The notes below the pieces were generated by a model. It saw only the letters and a program-made list of their open reading frames with translations. It did not search any database and had not been told where the DNA came from. Made by a program: the position numbers and the translations under genes. A stretch of DNA of 64,000 nucleotides from a virus (taxonomy: Duplodnaviria > Caudoviricetes), in the IMG/VR virus record IMGVR_UViG_3300043754_000129, positions 192,001 through 256,000 of that record; one strand, given 5' to 3'. Below are positions 28,555 through 37,258 of this stretch, in pieces. Within the stretch, counting starts at the first letter, position 1, and every line of letters starts with the position of its first letter.

Positions 28555-28750
28555 GATGGCGCTCCTTTGATGTACGGGATTGTGACAATTGCTGTATTGC
28601 TTGCTGGACTTTTTCATGGTCCACGCGTTTAGGCAACTTCAGCCGAATGACGCTTGCGACCATGAAGAAAACCAGCAGTCCTGCCAGGGTGAGGACTTCG
28701 TACTGATAGTAGAGTGCCTCAAAGCTCCACCATTGTTGAAGCGCAGCCAT
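28544..28750 (-). CDS. Small single-TM protein, 68 aa
   Basis: MAALQQWW...LTLAGLLVFFMVASVI; TAATG coupling to the upstream ORF. Confidence 0.6.
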   Translation of the reverse strand: MAALQQWWSFEALYYQYEVLTLAGLLVFFMVASVIRLKLPKRVDHEKVQQAIQQLSQSRTSKERHHVR

Positions 28751-28887
28751 TAGTTGCGCTTCTTTTGCCACGTGCTGTAGCCTTTGTAGCAGGTCTTCTT
28801 GGCATGGGCGCCGGTCAACGAGATGGCGACGACGGCGATGACGGCACCCATGATGTCCCAAGCGATGCAGTGGAGCGTGTGCAGCAT
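28750..28887 (-). CDS. Small single-TM protein, 45 aa (not in ORF track)
   Basis: MLHTLHCIAWDIMGAVIAVVAISLTGAHAKKTCYKGYSTWQKKRN; leader TTTCGTAAAGGAAACATCATG. Confidence 0.6.
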   Translation of the reverse strand: MLHTLHCIAWDIMGAVIAVVAISLTGAHAKKTCYKGYSTWQKKRN

Positions 28888-28897
28888 GATGTTTCCT

Positions 28898-29044
28898 TTA
28901 CGAAATGACTTGCGGTTGGAGGATGTCTTGCGGGCGATCGGGCGTGCCGGGCTGAGCGGGCTTTTCTTCCTTTTGCTCAGCGTGCACTTGCTTGACGATC
29001 GTGTTCACCTTGCGGTGAGCGAACAGCGTAAAGATCAGACTCAT
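28898..29044 (-). CDS. Small protein, 48 aa (not in ORF track)
   Basis: MSLIFTLFAHRKVNTIVKQ...; ATGA overlap with the upstream stop. Confidence 0.5.
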   Translation of the reverse strand: MSLIFTLFAHRKVNTIVKQVHAEQKEEKPAQPGTPDRPQDILQPQVIS

Positions 29045-29229
29045 ACGGGCCTCTGGATATGGTTGACGGCGTCGAGCGTAGCTTTGAGCTCGCGTTCGCC
29101 TTTCAGGTTGAAGTGGATGACGACGCCCACGAGGAGAATCATCAGACCGATTACGAGTTCCGCCGGCGACACGGCTTGAGCTTTAGCGTCACCGAGGAAC
29201 CACATGCAGAACATCGTGAAAAAGTCCAC
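29041..29229 (-). CDS. Small single-TM protein
   Basis: ELVIGLMILLVGVVIHF; AAGGAG RBS. Confidence 0.65.
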   Translation of the reverse strand: MDFFTMFCMWFLGDAKAQAVSPAELVIGLMILLVGVVIHFNLKGERELKATLDAVNHIQRPV

Positions 29230-29240
29230 AGCGGACTCCT

Positions 29241-29573
29241 TTAGTGGGTGTACTTCTTTTTGGCGTTATGGATCTGGAAGATCCGCTTGCGCAACTCGAT
29301 GATGAGGTTCTCGACCGAGCTCGTCGGTGCGATGCGCTCATAAGCGATGTTGCGTACACGATTGTGATACGGCGTGCCGTACGATTCGTCGACCTTGCGA
29401 TCGATGTACTGAAGCAGGGCACGGGTGACTTTGCTGCGGAAAATCAGGCGCTGCTCTTCGTCGCTCGGGCGCAGCTCACGCTGCTGAATACGAGTGACGT
29501 GGTCGAACAACGAGATGAGCGGATTAACGCTCGTCAGCTTGAAAGCTGCGGGTGAGACTTGTTGCGTTTGCAT
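29241..29573 (-). CDS. Hypothetical protein, 110 aa
   Basis: ORF track. Confidence 0.65.
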   Translation of the reverse strand: MQTQQVSPAAFKLTSVNPLISLFDHVTRIQQRELRPSDEEQRLIFRSKVTRALLQYIDRKVDESYGTPYHNRVRNIAYERIAPTSSVENLIIELRKRIFQIHNAKKKYTH

Positions 29574-29641
29574 GGTAGTGCTCTCGATGTGACAGGGTTT
29601 GACTGGGGCCCCACGTCAGAGCCCCCGCCGATTGTCCCGCT

Positions 29642-29788
29642 TTACTTCGCGGGGGTTTCTTCCGGCTTCTCGAACTTCTTCAGGCCGATTTCCGCGGCGT
29701 CGATCAGGCGAGCGGCGAGGTAGGTGCCACCGATGAGTGCCGATGCCACTGCTGCGCCAACGCCGAAGCTCTTGAGGATGTCTTTCAT
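29642..29788 (-). CDS. Small single-TM protein, 48 aa (not in ORF track)
   Basis: MKDILKSFGVGAAVASALIGGTYLAARLIDAAEIGLKKFEKPEKTPAK; TAGGAG RBS. Confidence 0.65.
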   Translation of the reverse strand: MKDILKSFGVGAAVASALIGGTYLAARLIDAAEIGLKKFEKPEETPAK

Positions 29789-29865
29789 GGTGCTACTCCT
29801 AAAACGATTGAAGGGATGTGGGTTTGTAAAGCGGTGCTTCTACTTCTCGAAGGGATAGGTGTTGC

Positions 29866-30090
29866 TTACAGCGGGGCTGCGGGCAGCGGACCGCCGTGCG
29901 AAGCCGAGGACGACTTGTTCATGTCGTCGAGCGTCGAGCGACCCGAGGTGCGGATCTCGACTTCCAGCGGGTTGTTCTGCATCGGGAACTTCTTCTCGAT
30001 GATCTTGACGACCTTGCAGGCACCGTAGGTACCGACGGCGAAGCCCATTGCGTAGGCACCGATGCAAGCGATTTGTTTGATGATGCTCAT
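29866..30090 (-). CDS. Small single-TM protein
   Basis: IACIGAYAMGFAVGTYGACKVVK; same leader TTTCGTAAAGGAAACATCATG as the 28887 gene. Confidence 0.65.
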   Translation of the reverse strand: MSIIKQIACIGAYAMGFAVGTYGACKVVKIIEKKFPMQNNPLEVEIRTSGRSTLDDMNKSSSASHGGPLPAAPL

Positions 30091-30156
30091 GATGTTTCCT
30101 TTACGAAAGTTGAGAGAGGGAATGCGTGAGGGTACTGCGGGAGAAAAGCGGTTGTG

Positions 30157-30381
30157 TTACGCGGCAGCCGGAGTGCTGGTGCCGTGCTCGATCGTGCGGC
30201 TGCCTTCGCGGCGCGCTTGTTCGAGCTGTTCTTCCATGGCCTTCTCGCGAGCGAACTCGCGCTTAGCCTGTGCATAGCCAATGAACTCAATGGCCCTGAA
30301 GCCTGCGTACAGGCCAAGGATGACGCCACAGGTAGCGCCTAAGCCAAAGATGAAACCTTTGAATCCGTCGCCCATGATCAT
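30157..30381 (-). CDS. Small single-TM protein
   Basis: GFIFGLGATCGVILGLYAGF followed by a charged helix; GGAG RBS. Confidence 0.65.
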   Translation of the reverse strand: MIMGDGFKGFIFGLGATCGVILGLYAGFRAIEFIGYAQAKREFAREKAMEEQLEQARREGSRTIEHGTSTPAAA

Positions 30382-30449
30382 CTCCATTGAGTTAAGTGGC
30401 GGCATAAAGCCCGGGACCGAAGCCCCGGGCGCTTGTACTACTTGACTGC

Positions 30450-30851
30450 TTAGGCAGCCTTAGCCGTTTCCGGCGTGGCGACCTTCGCGGCCTTCATCTT
30501 GCTTTCGGCTGCGGTCAGCAGTTCGCGGGCCTTGTCCACCATCTGCTCGGTGGTCAGTTCCGGTTCTGCGTTGGCGGCCGGCGCCGGAGCCGGCGTAGCT
30601 GCCGGCTTGTCGTCCGACTTCATGTAGCGGTAGACGCCGTAGCCCACAGCGGCAGCTGCTGCTGCCACGAGGCCGCCGATGACGAACTTGTTGCTCAGCG
30701 TGTCGAGCACCTTGTCGCCCAGCGACTTCGTTGCTTCGCCGTCCGTGACCGTGTCGACGATGTTGTCGGCGTTCTCGATGACGGTGTCAGCGACTTGTTC
30801 GCCGAGTTCAGCAGCACGGGTAGCGACGAGGCGGAGGTTGATTGCGTTCAT
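30450..30851 (-). CDS. Single-TM protein with Ala/Pro-rich linker
   Basis: FVIGGLVAAAAAAVGYGVY; AAAAGGAG RBS; first gene after an AT-rich promoter. Confidence 0.75.
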   Translation of the reverse strand: MNAINLRLVATRAAELGEQVADTVIENADNIVDTVTDGEATKSLGDKVLDTLSNKFVIGGLVAAAAAAVGYGVYRYMKSDDKPAATPAPAPAANAEPELTTEQMVDKARELLTAAESKMKAAKVATPETAKAA

Positions 30852-30920
30852 GGTGAAGCTCCTTTTCAGGTTGGTTTAGGATAGATCGACGAACATTCTT
30901 GTGGTATTCGTCAGGCGCGG

Positions 30921-30940
30921 GATATATATCTGAAAAAAAA
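30921..30940 (-). promoter_or_regulatory. Early-type promoter motif (T8-CAGATATATATC)
   Basis: AT-rich TATAT core; related copies at 1101, 22599, 43353, 58794 and 62268, each heading a minus-strand operon. Confidence 0.5.
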
Positions 30941-30980
30941 TAGAATCGTTATTTTCAGCTTAAATACAAGTATTTAGGTA

Positions 30981-31016
30981 GACGGCATAAAGGCCGGAGG
31001 GTGTCCTCCGGCTTTC
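30981..31016 (-). terminator. Intrinsic terminator with TTTATGCCGTC tail
   Basis: GCCGGAGGA-CAC-CCTCCGGC hairpin then CTTTATGCCGTC. Confidence 0.75.
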
Positions 31017-31017
31017 T

Positions 31018-31545
31018 TTATGCAATCCATTGCCAATCTGGGTAGTTCGGACTACGACAACGACAGTAGATGGTGGAATAACTTAGTCCAAGGATCTGAA
31101 CCGCTTCCCAGACGCCAGCGTATTCGATGCCGTCCGCAATTAGACGACGCGCTTTAGCTTTATGCGTCTCGACCTTCTTCTCTATCGCTTCCTTCGTCAT
31201 GGGTCCAAACTTCAAACCCTTCGTCGGAAGGCGAACGTCATCCCCGCCTTGATTGAAGACGTTATCTCCTCGCTCCCGACACCAGTTAATGAACTCGGCT
31301 TCCTTCTGAAACAGAAGATGAGCATCAGTGGCATAGATCTTGAAGGAAATCCGTGGATCCTTGTTGTAGGCTTCTTGCAAAGGCGCGCAGTGATGCTGCC
31401 CTAACTTCAGCTTACTGCGATTCACGTTCTGACGCTGATACATGTCAGTACTGCTACCGATGTAGACACCGTCGGCGTGCTGGAGGATATAGACAGCACA
31501 GATCTTTATCCTCTTCGAAGTGAGTTTCTCTACATAGTCTTCCAT
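31018..31545 (-). mobile_element. Free-standing GIY-YIG homing endonuclease
   Basis: AVYIL...VYIGSS..MYQR...HHCAPLQEAYNK; NUMOD-like KGLKFGPMTKEAIEK tail; more AT-rich codons than neighbours. Confidence 0.8.
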
Positions 31546-31587
31546 GTTGCTAAAGGCATAGAGCCAGGGACAAAGCCCTGGCTCAGG

Positions 31588-31962
31588 TCAATCGCTTTGT
31601 TGCATCCAGTTCTGGATACGTTCTTGGTACTTCTTCAACAGCTCTTCATACCCCGGCAAATTGCGGTCGAACACTACGTAATACCCGTCCTGAGCCTGCC
31701 CCATGTCCTTATGCGTCGCCAGATCCAAACAGTGGTTATTGCGACACAGCACTACACTACCACCATCGGCGGTGGCATCTTTCACAATTGCATCAATGGT
31801 GTCACGCGGGCCAACATTGCCAGTGTGACGGATGAGGGGGTTGGGGAAATACGCCAGATCGGTAATGGACGGTACTTCGTTTGTGCTCGGCCAGTTACCA
31901 TATACAAGCGTGCTCATGCAGAGTGCGACAAAGACGCCGCAAGCTGCGCGGACAGGTTTCAT
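31588..31962 (-). CDS. Secreted or membrane-anchored hypothetical protein
   Basis: Start moved to MKPVRAACGVFVALCMSTLVYG (signal-peptide-like). Confidence 0.55.
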   Translation of the reverse strand: MKPVRAACGVFVALCMSTLVYGNWPSTNEVPSITDLAYFPNPLIRHTGNVGPRDTIDAIVKDATADGGSVVLCRNNHCLDLATHKDMGQAQDGYYVVFDRNLPGYEELLKKYQERIQNWMQQSD

Positions 31963-31969
31963 ACTTGCC

Positions 31970-32389
31970 TCAACGAGTGTTGGGAGGGTTAAGGGGGTTT
32001 GCTTCAGGGAAGGTGTCGCTCGTTTCAAACACAGCACCGGCCTGCACGATCTGACCGTTGCTATTGAGAATCAGCTCCATGCGCACATGCTGGGGCTGCG
32101 TCTCGTTGGTGACGACCATACCACTCGGCCCGGCAATGATGAATTGCGAATCGGGTTGCACATCCGAGCGGTAGGCGTAGTACTGCGGGGAAGCAATGCC
32201 CAAGTCGTTGATCGCTTTGAACTTGAGCATCTGAAACGTTTCGAGAATGTGCTCCATGCCCGCGCCATTGTTGACGCTAAGCTCGGTGCCACCAAACATC
32301 GCGATGTTGAAGAGGATGGCTTGTTCGCTGGCAGGAACCAGCACGTCCACCATCGGATCCAACTCTTGCATACCTACGGGCGTACTCAC
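31970..32389 (-). CDS. Hypothetical protein, 139 aa
   Basis: ORF track. Confidence 0.65.
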   Translation of the reverse strand: MSTPVGMQELDPMVDVLVPASEQAILFNIAMFGGTELSVNNGAGMEHILETFQMLKFKAINDLGIASPQYYAYRSDVQPDSQFIIAGPSGMVVTNETQPQHVRMELILNSNGQIVQAGAVFETSDTFPEANPLNPPNTR

Positions 32390-32421
32390 AACGACTCTCC
32401 TAATGGTTCATCTTCAAACCA

Positions 32422-32706
32422 TTACCAGATCGTCGTGTCACGCTCCATGGAGTTCTCGGCACGCGGGCATTCGCGCAAGGTCTGGATCATCACGTGGCTG
32501 TCTGGCATGGTGCGCAGGATGTCGTGCATCTGGTTCATCGTGGCGTCCGTGTTCATCTCAGCCTCCACATCCGGGAAGCCGTTACCGTCCGGCACGATGT
32601 CCATCGTCATCTTGATCTGCACTTCCAAGCAGCGGTCACGGAACTTCTCCGCATCCGCCTGACACTCCGCGCGAAACGACCACACGCGCATGGGCTTCTC
32701 TCTCAT
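32422..32706 (-). CDS. Hypothetical protein, 94 aa
   Basis: ORF track; AAGGAG RBS; overlap with the upstream stop. Confidence 0.65.
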   Translation of the reverse strand: MREKPMRVWSFRAECQADAEKFRDRCLEVQIKMTMDIVPDGNGFPDVEAEMNTDATMNQMHDILRTMPDSHVMIQTLRECPRAENSMERDTTIW

Positions 32707-33149
32707 TTCCTCTCCTTCATACTGGCATCCATCGGGATTTCAGCCAGCGTTAGTGCCAGATCTTTGCCGATCCAGTTCTTGGGCATGTTGATACGCGGCG
32801 GGAACCGAGCTTCCAATTCCAGGAACTTCTGTGCGACCACCGGTGCGACCAGGCCGTAGTACGCCCAAGCGTCTTTCCGACGGTTGAAGGCCCGTGCGGC
32901 CGGCCACAGATACGAGAGCTCTTCCAGGATGGCTTCGCGGTTGTGCACGAAGATCTGCTCGGGCTTGCGAATCCGCGCCCGTCCCCAGGCGTCGTCATTT
33001 GCCCAGCGTTCCGGCAAATGCGGATAACGCTTCATGAGCTCAATGCGATGCTCATCCGACATGCCGTCGACAATGGTGACGTTCACCAGCCAGATCGTCT
33101 TACCCTGCTTAACGTCGCGAACCAGAACGTCGATTGTTTTCTTGCTCAC
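32703..33149 (-). CDS. Hypothetical protein, 148 aa
   Basis: ORF track; AAGGAG RBS with GTG start. Confidence 0.6.
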   Translation of the reverse strand: MSKKTIDVLVRDVKQGKTIWLVNVTIVDGMSDEHRIELMKRYPHLPERWANDDAWGRARIRKPEQIFVHNREAILEELSYLWPAARAFNRRKDAWAYYGLVAPVVAQKFLELEARFPPRINMPKNWIGKDLALTLAEIPMDASMKERK

Positions 33150-33618
33150 CTTGCTTCTCCTTGAATGAGCCGTAGAGCGGAAAGCCGATGATGCCGAAGA
33201 GGATGACGGAGACGATCGCTCCGATGATCCACTTCTCGTAATCGGTCTGCTCGGTTGCGTCCGTGCCCGAAGCTTCCGAGGCTGCGTCCGCTTCGACGCG
33301 CGACTGGTGCGCCTGCGCCAGCATGATCTGCTGGTTCGTCTGGTTAATCACGCGCTGCGTGTCTTCGTCTTGCGAGGAGCTCGGCTTCGTGGCCAGACCC
33401 CGGGTCTCGTTCGCGCGCTCTGCTGCATTGATCGCGGCACTTTCCGCGGCGGTGCTCTCGCTGATGTGCGGAGCGACTTCCGTGACGTGAACCGACGGCG
33501 CCGAGACGTGCACGCTTTCGACGGCCACATGCGGCACCGAGACGTGAACCGACGCAATCGAGATAGCGTGTGCTTGTGCGGCCACACACAAGAGTGCGGC
33601 CAGAATTGTTTTCTTCAT
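33109..33618 (-). CDS. Signal peptide plus C-terminal TM protein with (S)VHVS/T repeats
   Basis: MKKTILAALLCVAAQAHA; SVHVSVP, SVHVSAP, SVHVTEV; TM WIIGAIVSVILFGIIGFPLY. Confidence 0.7.
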   Translation of the reverse strand: MKKTILAALLCVAAQAHAISIASVHVSVPHVAVESVHVSAPSVHVTEVAPHISESTAAESAAINAAERANETRGLATKPSSSQDEDTQRVINQTNQQIMLAQAHQSRVEADAASEASGTDATEQTDYEKWIIGAIVSVILFGIIGFPLYGSFKEKQGEQENNRRSGSRR

Positions 33619-33624
33619 TTTTCG

Positions 33625-34182
33625 TTATTCAGATTTGACAGGAAAGAAGGCCGAGTACCGCTTGGGGCTGATGATAAACATGTCAGCACGGCCGCTATGC
33701 TGCATGCACACTTCTTGCGGTTCATCCCGGAACATGTAGCAGTGGCCGGGTTCGCCGTCATTCATCGCCTTGTACTTACAGGTCGAGCAGTTGTTCGGAT
33801 TGGGTCGCAGATCGAACGCACGGCGTTCTTCCAGGTTGATCTGAAACCCTTCGACGGTCAGGCCATGCAACGTCTTCGTCTTCACGTTGATCATGAAGCT
33901 ACAGAACGACGGATCCCGAATACTGCGCACGAACTGGCCGTAGATGATGTCCTTGTCCTTCCGATGCGCTGGATAGTAGACGATGGTGTACTTGGCCAGG
34001 AACATCTGCTTGTCCGTGATGCCGGCTTCCTTGAGGAAGTCCTTCAGACGGAACTGCGAACGTGCCGGGATCGGGATGATCAACGACTTGATGAAGTACT
34101 TCTGCAAGAGGCGAATGTGACGGCGCCGCAAACGCTCTTGCTCGTTATGCTTGATGCGTGCCTTGACTGCTTTGCTGAGCAT
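33625..34182 (-). CDS. Hypothetical protein with basic N-terminus and C-terminal Cys cluster
   Basis: Start MLSKAVKAR; CSTC...HC...C putative Zn site. Confidence 0.65.
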   Translation of the reverse strand: MLSKAVKARIKHNEQERLRRRHIRLLQKYFIKSLIIPIPARSQFRLKDFLKEAGITDKQMFLAKYTIVYYPAHRKDKDIIYGQFVRSIRDPSFCSFMINVKTKTLHGLTVEGFQINLEERRAFDLRPNPNNCSTCKYKAMNDGEPGHCYMFRDEPQEVCMQHSGRADMFIISPKRYSAFFPVKSE

Positions 34183-34576
34183 TGTCCAACTCCGTATAAC
34201 GTTTCGTGACGATCGCATGCGCTTCCACCCGTACTTCTTCGAGCACGTGCGGCGGCATGGTCTCGGGGGTGTAATTGCACTCCACGCCCTTGCGGTACAG
34301 GAGGTAGGTCCACTCGCGCAGGAAGTCACGCACAAAGCTACGCGCACGATTGTCCTTCTTACGCTGTTCTGAAATGCGGCAAGCGTCTTTCAGATGGCGA
34401 TGGAAGTAATCGCACGCGGCACGGTACTCATCGCCCGGATGATCGTAGCTGAAGTAGGAACGATCATGGATACACGAAAGCGCGTAGCGAAACTGCTCGG
34501 GCGCTAGGTTGTAGTAGATCTCTTCACCCACATCGTCGATGAAGGTGACGCTACTCGGTTCAAGGACGATTCGCAT
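34145..34576 (-). CDS. Hypothetical protein
   Basis: Start moved to MRIVLEP. Confidence 0.6.
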   Translation of the reverse strand: MRIVLEPSSVTFIDDVGEEIYYNLAPEQFRYALSCIHDRSYFSYDHPGDEYRAACDYFHRHLKDACRISEQRKKDNRARSFVRDFLREWTYLLYRKGVECNYTPETMPPHVLEEVRVEAHAIVTKRYTELDNAQQSSQGTHQA

Positions 34577-35471
34577 CTTTATCCTCGAATTCCGAGAAGG
34601 AATCGATCGTGAAGAACGTTTTGCCTTCGACGGCATCGGGCGCCTTCACCTGTTCAACCCAGCTGTCCATGTGGCGGGCGTACGCTGCTTGCGCAACCTG
34701 AACGGCGTGAAGCGCATCGCTCGGTTCCTGGGCATTCACCAGGTCGTAGCTGATCACCTCCATCGTGCCGTCCGGCTTCTTATACATGCGTGGCGCCACC
34801 GTCGCTTCGGAGAGCATTGCCATGCGGCTATCCACTTCGCGCTGCGTGAAGATCTCCTGCGCATCACCCGCCTTCCCGATGTCTTCCAGACTGACCTTGC
34901 TGAAATCCATCTTGATGTCGAAGATCGAGCCCGTCGCCGGATTACGACGCTTGCCCCGCACGATGGTCATGAACTTCGTGGCGCTCTGATCACCTTCCTT
35001 CGCACCGGGATCCAGCCCGATGATGAATTCGGGCATGGGCTTGGGCAGCGCTTCCAGATCGTAGAAGGGTTCGTGCTCCAACGAGATCTGGATAGGCTTA
35101 CCCATCTCCATCGCCTTGTTGATCAGGTAACCGTTGAAGTCCGTGCGCCGTTCATGCTGCGGCACCGCGCGACCGATGAGGATCGGCAACTCACCCCGCT
35201 TAAAGCCACCGCCCTTCAACATCCGCTGGATGGATTCGAACCCCGTGGGAATCGGTTCATTCAGACCCTGCTCGATGAGCCTGTCGATGTCCTTCAGGAA
35301 GCTGAAGCTGCGACCCTTCTTGTTCACCGGCGACCAGATGTTGAGGAAGTCGCTCGGATGCTGACGAGCCCGACGCATAGCGCGCTGCAATTCACGCCCG
35401 GCCTTCTTGCGACACATCACGCGTCGCTGCTTGTTCTTGCGAATGCGTTCCTTCACTTGCTTGCTGAGCAT
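34560..35471 (-). CDS. Chimeric protein containing a degenerate DnaB-like ATPase fragment
   Basis: PIPTGFESIQRMLKGGGFKRGELPILIGR and KPIQISLE resemble DnaB motifs, but the GKT of Walker A is missing. Confidence 0.5.
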   Translation of the reverse strand: MLSKQVKERIRKNKQRRVMCRKKAGRELQRAMRRARQHPSDFLNIWSPVNKKGRSFSFLKDIDRLIEQGLNEPIPTGFESIQRMLKGGGFKRGELPILIGRAVPQHERRTDFNGYLINKAMEMGKPIQISLEHEPFYDLEALPKPMPEFIIGLDPGAKEGDQSATKFMTIVRGKRRNPATGSIFDIKMDFSKVSLEDIGKAGDAQEIFTQREVDSRMAMLSEATVAPRMYKKPDGTMEVISYDLVNAQEPSDALHAVQVAQAAYARHMDSWVEQVKAPDAVEGKTFFTIDSFSEFEDKDANRP

Positions 35472-35560
35472 TACCAGTTCCTTGTGGGGTCAGGGGGATG
35501 GCGTAGAGGCAGCAATACATCGAGGCATCGACGCTATGCTTCCTGGGCTTATCCAACAGG

Positions 35561-36154
35561 CTACGATGTAGCATTGCCGGGCCGCTTCAGAATAACCGAG
35601 ATGTGATCCAGGCCGACCTTCTCGGTGAGCCACACGCCGTTCTCAGCCTGGTAGAACTTGATACCAGCCTTGTGCATGGCGCCTGCATAGATCTCCAGCA
35701 CCACCGCCTTGCCGTGCCGTTGACCGACTTCCAGTGCCGTCTCGTAGTCTTCCGAGAGGTGCACGTACTGACGCGACATCGGCAGCAAGCCGTCGTCGAG
35801 AATCGGGTCGATCGTCTTGCGAGCCGTACCGTGATAGAGCACTGCCGGCGGGACCTTCTCGACAAAGCTGCGATCGACTTCCGTCGTCGAGTGACCTTGC
35901 ACCGCACGAATGCGCGAGCCGTCCGAGGAGATCTCGAAACGCTGCTTGCCGTTCGTGACCACGACTTCCAAGAGCGTCGGGCGATCGAACGTCATGCCGT
36001 CCGGGGCCATTGTCGCATGCTTGATCAGCAGATCGATGCCCGTCCAGCCTTCACGGTCCAGGATGATCCCGATCGATTCCGGCTTGTGGCGCAGCACGAA
36101 GCTGAGGAACTTACTGATCTTGTCCAGTTGTTTTTGTTTGTTCGGTTGGTTCAT
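35561..36154 (-). CDS. kptA: RNA 2'-phosphotransferase (Tpt1/KptA)
   Basis: SKFLSFVLRH, IRAVQGHS, LYHGT, GLLPMSRQYVHLS, FYQAENGVWLT. Confidence 0.93.
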   Translation of the reverse strand: MNQPNKQKQLDKISKFLSFVLRHKPESIGIILDREGWTGIDLLIKHATMAPDGMTFDRPTLLEVVVTNGKQRFEISSDGSRIRAVQGHSTTEVDRSFVEKVPPAVLYHGTARKTIDPILDDGLLPMSRQYVHLSEDYETALEVGQRHGKAVVLEIYAGAMHKAGIKFYQAENGVWLTEKVGLDHISVILKRPGNATS

Positions 36155-36725
36155 TTTCTTTCTTCCGATAGGTGAGCGGGTAACGCAGGAGCGGGTAGAC
36201 AAGATAACTCTCGGCCACCTTGACATCATAACTAAGCCTGGGGTCCTCGTGCGGCTTGATGGTCCAGGCGTCGGGGTTCTTCACATAGCGCGTTGCGCAC
36301 AGTTCGATGAAGACCCCATCGTGAAAATTCACGACTGAAGCACTGGCGACACCCGTCTCGACGTTGAAGACGGGATTCACGTTCTTCGTGAGCAGGTTCG
36401 CCTTGACTTCCTGGATGCCAGCCGTCTCGGTCTCGATCTGACCATAGACAAAGTACGGCGCATCCTGGAACATCTGCATGACGTCGTAGGCACCGGCGTA
36501 ATCATCAAAGAGGAGCGGACCGCTATTGACGATGTTGCCGTCCACGATGCCAATGAGCTTGGCGGTTTGTTCACGCCGTTGGGGACCAATGCTCGAAGGC
36601 GGAAACAAACCCGAGAAGTACGATGCTGCCGAGTTACAGCCGTAATACCAAGTCTGACCATCGTGCGTTTGAAAGCGCAACAGATAGGTCGGGTTACTTT
36701 CGCGTTCTTCCTCGTTGTGTTCCAT
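36111..36725 (-). CDS. Hypothetical protein, 204 aa
   Basis: ORF track. Confidence 0.65.
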   Translation of the reverse strand: MEHNEEERESNPTYLLRFQTHDGQTWYYGCNSAASYFSGLFPPSSIGPQRREQTAKLIGIVDGNIVNSGPLLFDDYAGAYDVMQMFQDAPYFVYGQIETETAGIQEVKANLLTKNVNPVFNVETGVASASVVNFHDGVFIELCATRYVKNPDAWTIKPHEDPRLSYDVKVAESYLVYPLLRYPLTYRKKENEPTEQTKTTGQDQ

Positions 36726-36726
36726 C

Positions 36727-37143
36727 TCAGTCCTTGAATCTGGGATTGATGACAGTGGTGATGAGACCGTGGTTCCCTGCCACGAGGTAGCAGGTGAAGA
36801 TCATGGATTCCGCGTGAAGACGTTTCTCCACTTCAGGAGTGAAGTCTTCCAGTCGCTGGAGGTTCAATTCCGGCACCGCCATCAGCACAAAGCGATAGGC
36901 TTCATGGATGTGGTTGCCAATCTTGATACGTTGGGCCTTATAGAGCTGATAGATGCGCGGCCAGGTATCCCGGCGCAGACCTTCCAGCGTCATGTAGTTC
37001 CCACGTACCCAACCAGAAAAAGTGAGGCGCGGCGTGCCCGATGCCCAGAGCGCGTCAAGTTTATCGAATGCGTCAGAGCCTTGAGCCAATACTTCGCTCG
37101 TAAGAGGTTCTCCGACAACTGCGACTTTGACGGGGGTGATCAT
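36727..37143 (-). CDS. Hypothetical protein
   Basis: Start moved to MITPVK after AAAGG. Confidence 0.6.
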   Translation of the reverse strand: MITPVKVAVVGEPLTSEVLAQGSDAFDKLDALWASGTPRLTFSGWVRGNYMTLEGLRRDTWPRIYQLYKAQRIKIGNHIHEAYRFVLMAVPELNLQRLEDFTPEVEKRLHAESMIFTCYLVAGNHGLITTVINPRFKD

Positions 37144-37258
37144 CTCATTACCTTTAGGGGTAGAAAAAAATAGGAGCCCCGCCCTCCTCAGAACGAGGCT
37201 CCCAAAACCATACATGAAAACCCCTTTCCATGCACGGTACTCCACTGGTACTACTGCA

